Below are positions 53,162 to 64,000 of a stretch of DNA of 64,000 nucleotides, piece after piece. A program made the position numbers and the translations under genes. The stretch covers positions 73,823 to 137,822 of the forward strand of contig JBBDYC010000004.1 of NCBI GenBank assembly GCA_040901985.1, given 5' to 3'. The notes beneath the pieces are model-generated. The model saw nothing but the letters and a program-made list of their open reading frames with translations. It did not search any database and was not told the DNA's origin. The stretch comes from Gemmatimonadaceae bacterium (GTDB lineage: Bacteria; Gemmatimonadota; Gemmatimonadetes; Gemmatimonadales; Gemmatimonadaceae). How positions within the stretch are numbered: position 1 is the stretch's first letter; every line of letters starts with the position of its first letter.

Positions 53162-54070
53162 GTGCGCCACGATTCCCCCGTCCTTCAGTGCACCGCGGTG
53201 ACCCGTCGCTGGCGCGCCGGGATCCTCGGCGTGGCGAGCGAAGTCACCGCGCTCACCGAGTGCTCGCTCTCGGTTGATGCCGGCGAGATCGTCGGAGTGA
53301 CCGGCGGCGCCGGGGCGGGGAAAAGCACGCTCCTGATGCTGGCGGCCGGGCGGGCCACGCCGACCGCCGGGACCATCCGGTGGGGCGGCTCGAGCGATCC
53401 GGCGGCGTCCGGCGCCCAACTGGTAGGCGCCCGGCCCTGGGAGTACGGCTTCCTCACCGTGCGCCAGGCCCTGGTCTTCCACGCCGAGGTGATGGCGCTG
53501 CGTGACGCCGCGCGCCCGACCCCGACGCGCTTCATGCCGTTGATGCGGCGCGTCGGGCTGCAGGGCCTGGCGCGGGTACGACTCGGCCAGCTCTCGGCAC
53601 TCGACCGGTTCCGCGTCGTGATCGCCCAGGCGCTCGTGGCGACGCCGCGCCTGCTGTGCTGCGATGAACCATTTGCGCACTGCGGGCCGGCCGAACGCGA
53701 GCGGGGGACCGAACTCCTGCGCGCGCTCGCGCGGAGCGGGATTGCCCTGCTGATCGCCACGCGCGACGCCGATGCGCTCCGCGCGCTCGGCCTTGCCGAT
53801 CGGATCCACCATCTCGAGGCGGGTCGCCTCGGCGAGCCGCAGCCGCCGCGACAGAGCGTCCTCGAGCTTGCGGTCGGGCGGCCGGAGGAGGCAATCTCGC
53901 GCCTGCTCCCGCGCCTGCCGAGTCTCGGCCGGCGCGGCAGGCGGTTGCGCGTGCCGCTCGGCGGGACCTCGCCCGAGGCGGTGCTGGCGCTCTGCCGCGA
54001 CGTCGGCGTGGCGGTGCGTGGCTCGCGCGTGGCCGAGGAGGCGTTGCCGCGCCAACCTGCGCCCCGGTAG
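53162..54070 (+). CDS. Degenerate ABC ATP-binding domain protein (start approximate)
   Basis: Walker A GGAGAGKST and Walker B CCDEP present; signature LSALD, H-loop ATRD. Confidence 0.72.
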   Translation: MRHDSPVLQCTAVTRRWRAGILGVASEVTALTECSLSVDAGEIVGVTGGAGAGKSTLLMLAAGRATPTAGTIRWGGSSDPAASGAQLVGARPWEYGFLTVRQALVFHAEVMALRDAARPTPTRFMPLMRRVGLQGLARVRLGQLSALDRFRVVIAQALVATPRLLCCDEPFAHCGPAERERGTELLRALARSGIALLIATRDADALRALGLADRIHHLEAGRLGEPQPPRQSVLELAVGRPEEAISRLLPRLPSLGRRGRRLRVPLGGTSPEAVLALCRDVGVAVRGSRVAEEALPRQPAPR

Positions 54071-54079
54071 CTTTGGCGG

Positions 54080-55492
54080 ATGCCGGGCTTCCAGCTCTAC
54101 AACACGATGTCGCGCGCCCTCGAACCGTTCGCTCCGGCGGACGGCGAGACGGTCAGGCTCTACACGTGCGGCCCGACCGTCTACAATCCGGCCCACCTCG
54201 GCAACTTCCGGACCTTTCTCTTCGAGGATCTCCTCCGCCGCGTGGTTCGGCTCCGCGGCTGGAAGGTCGAGCAGGTGATGAACTTGACCGACGTGGACGA
54301 CAAGATCATCGTCCGCGCGACCCAGCAGGGGAGCACGATCGCCGAGGTGACCGACCCGATCGTGAAGACGTTCCACGACGACCGGCAATACCTGCGGATC
54401 GAGGACGCCGAGCACTACCCGCGCGCGACGGCCTACATCCCGCAGATGATCGCGCTGGTCGAGCGCCTCATCAGGAATGGCGTGGCCTATGTGGCCGACG
54501 ACCGGTCGGTGTACTTCGCGATCGGGAAGTTTGCCGGCTACGGCCGGCTCTCGCGGCTCGACACGCGCGAGATCCGGAGCGGCGCGCGCGTCGCCCAGGA
54601 CGACTATTCGAAGGAAAACGCACAGGACTTCGCGCTCTGGAAGGCGGCCAAGCCGGAGGACGAGGCGTGCGGTGCGGCGTGGGAGTCGCCGTGGGGCCGC
54701 GGCCGGCCGGGCTGGCACCTTGAGTGCTCGGCGATGGCGATGGCGCTCCTCGGTGAGACGCTCGACCTGCACTGCGGCGGGGTGGATCTCATCTTCCCGC
54801 ACCACGAGGATGAGATTGCGCAGAGCGAGGCGGCGACCGGCAAGGAGTTCGCGCGGTGCTGGGCCCACGGCGAGTTCCTCCTCACCGAGGGCGCGAAGAT
54901 GGCGAAGCGCGTCGGCAACGTGCTGAGCGTCGCCGACCTCCGCGCCGAGGGCGTGAGCGGGGCCGCCGTGCGCCACTTCGTCTTCTCGACGCACTATCGT
55001 CGGCAGCTGAACCTCTCCGACGAGGCGCTGGAGGCGTCAATGGAGGCGGTGCGCCGGGTGCGCGACTTTGCCGACCGGCTCGCCGCGGCGAAAGGCGGCA
55101 CGCGCGGGCTCGAGGATGCCGCCGACCGCCTGGAGAACGAAGTCCGCCTGGCGCTCTTCGACGACCTCAACGCGCCCGAGGCGATGGCGGCGCTGTTCGA
55201 GTTCATCCGCACGGCCAACAAGGAATTCGACGTCGGCGGCACCGAGGTGAGCGCGCTGCGGCGGGCGCGCGAGGTGTTCGCCCTCGTGGACGGCGTCCTC
55301 GACATCGTGCCCGAGCGGGTCGAGGCGGACGCCGAGTTGGCGTCCTGGGTCGAGGAACAGCTGGCGGCGCGGAGCGCGGCGCGCGCGCGGCGTGATTTCG
55401 TCGCCGCCGACGCGATCCGCGCCGCGCTCGACGCCAAGGGAATCGTGATCGAGGACTCGGCGGCCGGGACGAAGTGGAAGAAAGGCAGGTGA
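54080..55492 (+). CDS. cysS: Cysteine-tRNA ligase
   Basis: CGPTVY, HLGN, DFALWK, GRPGWHLEC, FPHHEDE, KMAK. Confidence 0.97.
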   Translation: MPGFQLYNTMSRALEPFAPADGETVRLYTCGPTVYNPAHLGNFRTFLFEDLLRRVVRLRGWKVEQVMNLTDVDDKIIVRATQQGSTIAEVTDPIVKTFHDDRQYLRIEDAEHYPRATAYIPQMIALVERLIRNGVAYVADDRSVYFAIGKFAGYGRLSRLDTREIRSGARVAQDDYSKENAQDFALWKAAKPEDEACGAAWESPWGRGRPGWHLECSAMAMALLGETLDLHCGGVDLIFPHHEDEIAQSEAATGKEFARCWAHGEFLLTEGAKMAKRVGNVLSVADLRAEGVSGAAVRHFVFSTHYRRQLNLSDEALEASMEAVRRVRDFADRLAAAKGGTRGLEDAADRLENEVRLALFDDLNAPEAMAALFEFIRTANKEFDVGGTEVSALRRAREVFALVDGVLDIVPERVEADAELASWVEEQLAARSAARARRDFVAADAIRAALDAKGIVIEDSAAGTKWKKGR

Positions 55493-55553
55493 GGGATGGG
55501 GGAGGGGAGCCGGGATGTGTCGTTCACCTCCCCGTCTTCCCTCCGCCATTAGA

Positions 55554-55582
55554 TTGACGCTCCTCTCCAGCCTGACTATCCT
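55554..55582 (+). promoter_or_regulatory. Sigma70-type promoter of tRNA cluster
   Basis: TTGACG (55554-59) - 17 bp - TATCCT (55577-82). Confidence 0.7.
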
Positions 55583-55609
55583 TCGATGCTCGCGCAGTCG
55601 GTCGGTATC

Positions 55610-55682
55610 GCTGACGTAGCTCAGCTGGTAGAGCACCCGATTTGTAATCGGGCGGTCGCGAGTTCGAATCTCGCCGTCAGCT
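55610..55682 (+). tRNA. tRNA-Thr(TGT)
   Basis: Cloverleaf; acceptor GCTGACG/CGTCAGC, anticodon arm CCCGA-TTTGTAA-TCGGG, GTTCGAATC; CCA not encoded. Confidence 0.97.
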
Positions 55683-55736
55683 CTCAGGCCTCGGGCCCCG
55701 GGGCGTCGCTGAGGCCGGCGCGGGATCGGCAAGGTC

Positions 55737-55819
55737 GGTGGGGTACCCAAGTGGCCAACGGGAGCAGACTGTAAATCTGCCGGCTTATGCCTTCGAAGGT
55801 TCGAATCCTTCCCCCACCA
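55737..55819 (+). tRNA. tRNA-Tyr(GTA)
   Basis: Acceptor GGTGGGG/CCCCACC, GCAGA-CTGTAAA-TCTGC, long variable arm, GTTCGAATC. Confidence 0.97.
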
Positions 55820-55854
55820 CTGAGGCGTAGATGGGAGAGGTGAGAGAGTAAGAC

Positions 55855-55927
55855 GCGGGAGTAGCTCAGCTGGTAGAGCGCAAGCCTTCCAAGCTTGATG
55901 TCGCGGGTTCGAGCCCCGTCTCCCGCT
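55855..55927 (+). tRNA. tRNA-Gly(TCC)
   Basis: Acceptor GCGGGAG/CTCCCGC, CAAGC-CTTCCAA-GCTTG, GTTCGAG. Confidence 0.97.
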
Positions 55928-55943
55928 CTGCAGGACCGAGGCC

Positions 55944-56016
55944 GCACGCATAGCTCAGTCGGTAGAGCACATCCTTGGTAAGGATGAGGTCACCGGTTCG
56001 ATCCCGGTTGCGTGCT
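55944..56016 (+). tRNA. tRNA-Thr(GGT)
   Basis: Acceptor GCACGCA/TGCGTGC, ATCC-TTGGTAA-GGAT, GTTCGATC. Confidence 0.97.
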
Positions 56017-56103
56017 TTGCAAGGGGGGGGAGTCCGGTTTGGGGCTCTGGCCGCGGGTCCGGCGAAGCTCCGGGCGGCACTTAACTGACCGCTGGCGCGG
56101 GAC

Positions 56104-56132
56104 TTGCACGCGCGGGGACACTCGTCTAAGTT
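56104..56132 (+). promoter_or_regulatory. Candidate sigma70 promoter for rpmG-secE-nusG
   Basis: TTGCAC (56104-09) - 17 bp - TAAGTT (56127-32). Confidence 0.55.
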
Positions 56133-56224
56133 TCAAGGCTCGCCGCCTTGCGCCCGCTCTGGGGGCACGGTGGCCCGGCGCGTCCCCGGTGGGGCCGCCT
56201 GCGAACCGCCTTCCCGAGTGTCCA

Positions 56225-56377
56225 ATGCCGCGCGACAAGATCATCCTCGCGTGCAGCGACTGCAAGAACCGCAACTACTTCACCACCAAGAACAAGCGCG
56301 TCCATCCCGAGCGCGTCGAGTGGAAGAAGTACTGCCCGCGCTGCAATAAGCACATCGTCCACAAGGAGACGAAGTAG
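56225..56377 (+). CDS. rpmG: 50S ribosomal protein L33 (zinc-binding type)
   Basis: [13 protein letters not shown]...NYFTTKN...[10 protein letters not shown]...HKE. Confidence 0.96.
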   Translation: MPRDKIILACSDCKNRNYFTTKNKRVHPERVEWKKYCPRCNKHIVHKETK

Positions 56378-56607
56378 TGGCCGGCGAGGTCGTCCTGGCG
56401 CCGAGCCTGCCGCGTCGGGTCATCACGTTCGGCAACGAAGTGGTGGCGGAAATGCGGCGGGTGACCTGGCCGGAGCGCCCGCAGGTGACGCAGCTCTCGA
56501 TCGGCGTCATCGGACTGTCGCTCTTCATCGGCCTCGTCATCTGGCTCCTCGACCTCGTCCTGCAGACCGTGCTCGTCCGCGGCATTCCCTCGCTCTTTGG
56601 GGCGTGA
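56377..56607 (+). CDS. secE: Preprotein translocase subunit SecE
   Basis: EMRRVTWP motif plus one TM; position before nusG. Confidence 0.93.
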   Translation: MAGEVVLAPSLPRRVITFGNEVVAEMRRVTWPERPQVTQLSIGVIGLSLFIGLVIWLLDLVLQTVLVRGIPSLFGA

Positions 56608-56611
56608 CGCC

Positions 56612-57157
56612 GTGAGTCATCGGTGGTACGCCGTCCAGACGACGTCCGGGCACGAGAACAAGGTCCGGATGCTGGTCCAGCGCAAGATTGACGGCGATCC
56701 GGCGCCGGCCGATGACCGGCGGATCCGGCAGGCGCTGGTCCCGACCGAGCAGGTGGTCGAGATCAAGAACGGCAAGAAGGTCACCGTCGAGAAGAAGGTC
56801 TACCCGGGCTATGTGCTCGTGGAGATGGCGCTCAACGAGGATACGCTGCACGCGATCAACGCCATCCAGGGCGTGATCAAGTTCGTCGGCAGCAAGGACC
56901 GCGAGCCGCAGGCGCTCCGGGAAGAGGAAGTGAAGCGGCTGTTGGGCATCGCGGTCGAGGAGGAGGTCGCCGAGCCGAAGGAGGAGATCCCGTTCCTCGT
57001 CGGGCAGGCGGTGGCGATCATGGACGGACCGTTCACCGATTTCAACGGCACGGTCGAGGACGTGATGGCCGACAAGGGGAAGGTGCGGGTGTCGGTGTCG
57101 CTGTTCGGGCGGCCGACGTCGGTGGAACTCGACTATCTGCAGCTGAAGGGGCACTAG
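56612..57157 (+). CDS. nusG: Transcription termination/antitermination factor NusG
   Basis: WYAVQTTSGHE, YPGYVLVEM, GPFTDFNG, FGRPTSVEL. Confidence 0.97.
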   Translation: MSHRWYAVQTTSGHENKVRMLVQRKIDGDPAPADDRRIRQALVPTEQVVEIKNGKKVTVEKKVYPGYVLVEMALNEDTLHAINAIQGVIKFVGSKDREPQALREEEVKRLLGIAVEEEVAEPKEEIPFLVGQAVAIMDGPFTDFNGTVEDVMADKGKVRVSVSLFGRPTSVELDYLQLKGH

Positions 57158-57165
57158 GTACTGCA

Positions 57166-57234
57166 GGAGTCGGGTGTCAGGTGTCAGGTATCAGGGACCA
57201 CCCTGACTCCAGACACCTGATACCTGACACCTGG
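57166..57234. repeat. Inverted array of 7-bp repeats forming a long hairpin after nusG
   Basis: GGAGTCG GGTGTCA GGTGTCA GGTATCA then CCTGACT CCAGACA CCTGATA CCTGACA CCTGG. Confidence 0.85.
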
Positions 57235-57389
57235 TTAATGGCCCTTGCGCGGGGCGGGCGGACGGATTGCCGAGGAGCGCACTCGTCGGATACCACTACG
57301 ACGTAAAACTCACCGTGGAAGTCAGCGCGTGGCGTCAGCCCGTCCCCCTTGGACGCGGTCCGCCGCCGCTTCACGTTCCGAGGCAGTCC

Positions 57390-57812
57390 ATGGCTAAGAA
57401 GGTCTCCGGTTTCGTCAAACTGCAGATCCCGGCAGGCAAGGCGAATCCGGCCCCGCCGGTCGGCACCGCGCTCGGTCCGCAGGGAATCAACATCATGGCG
57501 TTCTGCAAGGAGTTCAACGCTCGGACGCAGGGCCAGGATACGATTCTCCCGGTCGAGATCACCATCTTCACCGACAAGTCCTTCACGTTCATCCTGAAGA
57601 CGCCGCCCGCGGCGTTCCTCGTCAAGCGCGAGGCCGGGATCGAGAAGGGCTCCGGGCAGCCGAACCGCAACAAGGTCGGCTCGATCACCCAGGCGCAGGT
57701 CCGGAAGATCGCCGAGCTCAAGATGCCCGACCTCAACACCGATTCGATTGAGGGCGCGATGGCGATGGTCGCCGGCGCGGCTCGCTCGATGGGCGTGGAG
57801 GTGAAGGGATGA
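57390..57812 (+). CDS. rplK: 50S ribosomal protein L11
   Basis: [31 protein letters not shown]. Confidence 0.98.
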   Translation: MAKKVSGFVKLQIPAGKANPAPPVGTALGPQGINIMAFCKEFNARTQGQDTILPVEITIFTDKSFTFILKTPPAAFLVKREAGIEKGSGQPNRNKVGSITQAQVRKIAELKMPDLNTDSIEGAMAMVAGAARSMGVEVKG

Positions 57813-58498
57813 AGGCCCACGGCAAGAAGTATCGCGCCGCCGCCACCAAGGTGGTCGTCGGCACCACGTACGCCCCGAAGACGGCGCTGGAAATCGTCAA
57901 GAGCGCGGCCTTCGCCAAGTTCGACGAGACGGTCGAGGTCGCCATCCGGCTCGGCGTCGACCCGCGTCACGCCGACCAGATCGTCCGCGGCACGGTCGTC
58001 CTTCCCGCCGGCACGGGGAAGGCCGTCCGTGTCCTCGTCATCGCGGTCGGCGACAAGGCCCGCGAGGCCGAGGCCGCCGGCGCCGACTTCGTCGGCACCG
58101 AGTTCATCCAAAAGATCAAGGACGGCTGGACGGACTTCGACGTGATGATCGCGACGCCGGACCAGATGGGGCAGGTCGGCCAGCTCGGCCGCGTGCTCGG
58201 TCCCCGCGGCCTGATGCCGAACCCGAAGGCCGGCACGGTCACGTTCGACGTGACCCGCGCCGTGAAGGAGACCAAGGCCGGCAAGATCGAGTTCCGCGTG
58301 GACAAGGCCGGCAACGTCCAGGCGGCGATCGGCAAGGTCTCGTTCGGCCTCGACGCCCTCGAGACGAACTTCACCGCCTTCATGGACCAGATCGTCCGTG
58401 CCAAGCCCGCCGCCTCCAAGGGCGTCTACGTCAAGACCGTCGCCGTGTCCAGCACGATGGGCCCCGGCGTCCGCATCGACACCAACCCGTACCGGTAA
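57809..58498 (+). CDS. rplA: 50S ribosomal protein L1
   Basis: [28 protein letters not shown]. Confidence 0.98.
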   Translation: MKAHGKKYRAAATKVVVGTTYAPKTALEIVKSAAFAKFDETVEVAIRLGVDPRHADQIVRGTVVLPAGTGKAVRVLVIAVGDKAREAEAAGADFVGTEFIQKIKDGWTDFDVMIATPDQMGQVGQLGRVLGPRGLMPNPKAGTVTFDVTRAVKETKAGKIEFRVDKAGNVQAAIGKVSFGLDALETNFTAFMDQIVRAKPAASKGVYVKTVAVSSTMGPGVRIDTNPYR

Positions 58499-58510
58499 GG
58501 AACCCCGACG

Positions 58511-58996
58511 ATGAAGCGATCCGACAAGGAACTGATCGTCGCCGAGCTGAAGGACAAGCTCGCCGGTGCCGACGCCGTCTACTACACCGACTTCACGGGC
58601 CTCAACGTGAAGCGGATGACCGAGCTCCGCCGTCGGTTCCGCAAGGCCGGCGTGGAGTACGTGGTCATCAAGAACACCCTCGCGCTGCGCGCGGTGAGCG
58701 AGGCCGGCCTCGCCGGCCAGGACCTCAAGGGACCGACCGGCGTCGTCGTGGCGAAGGATGCCGTGGCCGCCGCGAAGCTCCTCACCGACTTCGCGAAGGA
58801 GAACGACGCCCGACCGAGCGTGAAGGGCGGCCTCTACGAGGGCGCCCCGATTGATGCGGCCGGTGTCAAGAAGCTCGCGTCGCTCCCGACGCGCAATGAG
58901 GCGCTGTCAATCCTCGTCGGCACGTTCAACAGCGTGCTGATGATGTTCGCCCTCGCCCTGGATGCACGGAAGACGCAGCTCGAATCACCGAACTGA
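58511..58996 (+). CDS. rplJ: 50S ribosomal protein L10
   Basis: VIKNTL, LASLPTR; synteny. Confidence 0.96.
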   Translation: MKRSDKELIVAELKDKLAGADAVYYTDFTGLNVKRMTELRRRFRKAGVEYVVIKNTLALRAVSEAGLAGQDLKGPTGVVVAKDAVAAAKLLTDFAKENDARPSVKGGLYEGAPIDAAGVKKLASLPTRNEALSILVGTFNSVLMMFALALDARKTQLESPN

Positions 58997-59066
58997 TCCC
59001 CCAGGCGTCTGCCTGATCACACGCCCCGGGAACGATCCTGGGGGAACACCTTTGGAGAATGGAACA

Positions 59067-59453
59067 ATGGCTAACGCGACCATGAGCAAGGATGAGATCC
59101 TCGACGCGATCGGCACGATGTCGGTCACCGAGCTGGTGGAGCTCATCGATGCCTTCAAGACGAAGTTCAACGTGACCATCGCCGCCGTCGCCGCTGGCGG
59201 CGCCGCGGGCGGCGGTGCCGCCGCCCCGGTCGTCGAGGAGCAGACGGAGTTCGACGTCATCCTCAAGGAAGCGGGCGGCAAGAAGATCCAGGTCATCAAG
59301 GTGGTGCGCGAGATCACCGGCCTCGGCTTGAAGGAAGCCAAGGACCTGGTGGATGGCGCCCCGCAGACGGTGAAGGCCGGCGTCTCGAAGGACGAGTCGG
59401 CTGCCCTCAAGGCCAAGCTCGAGGCCGAGGGCGCAGTGGCCGAGATCAAGTAA
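59067..59453 (+). CDS. rplL: 50S ribosomal protein L7/L12
   Basis: [36 protein letters not shown] 59067. Confidence 0.98.
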   Translation: MANATMSKDEILDAIGTMSVTELVELIDAFKTKFNVTIAAVAAGGAAGGGAAAPVVEEQTEFDVILKEAGGKKIQVIKVVREITGLGLKEAKDLVDGAPQTVKAGVSKDESAALKAKLEAEGAVAEIK

Positions 59454-59584
59454 GGGCGAAGGGTCTGGGCGGTGCCGGCCGGGAACCTCCCGCCGACACC
59501 GCCGGCTCGACCTTCCACCCTCAAAAAGACTTGGTCCCGCCGATGCCGTTGATCCTCCGCACGCTCCACATCTGAAGTTCCTTT

Positions 59585-59640
59585 CGCCTCGCTCCGGACG
59601 GCCTTCACCCGAAGGCGCATCCGGGGGCGAGGCGGTTTTC
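59585..59640 (+). terminator. Attenuator/terminator-like hairpin in rplL-rpoB spacer
   Basis: CGCCTCGCTCCGGA ... TCCGGGGGCGAGGCG followed by GTTTTC. Confidence 0.55.
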
Positions 59641-59669
59641 GCCTGTTAACGGGTGAGTCCCAGGTTGCC

Positions 59670-64000
<4,331 letters not shown>

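Noticed and set aside
55610..56224. Integrative element at the tRNA cluster
   Set aside because: No integrase, no duplicated tRNA 3' end and no compositional shift

Overview
High-GC bacterial chromosome segment, most likely Gemmatimonadota (inferred from gene content and style, not from a search). It is core genome throughout: no transposase, integrase, prophage, CRISPR array or rRNA was seen. About 60 CDS are present. They include sbcD-sbcC, ligA, gyrB-DUF721-recF, uvrA, glpK, argJ, sdaAB/sdaAA, cysS and the thrU-tyrU-glyT-thrT / rpmG-secE-nusG-rplKAJL-rpoB cluster (rpoB runs off the window end). The most notable observations are: (1) a 6S-like RNA with its own promoter and terminator upstream of a eukaryote-type PTPS-folE-SDR operon, a candidate tetrahydrobiopterin pathway; (2) an orphan Soj-like ATPase lacking its DNA-binding arginines, co-encoded with a TPR protein that starts with a MinD-like membrane-targeting helix; (3) a TPR-transglutaminase-ABC-GNAT operon; (4) several degenerate enzymes (DEAD-box, CcmF, ABC ATPase); (5) no tuf or tRNA-Trp at their usual place; (6) a ~160 aa RpoB insertion; (7) a dispersed family of 7-bp-periodic intergenic elements. 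All calls come from reading motifs by eye; several start codons were moved from the ORF track and are approximate.
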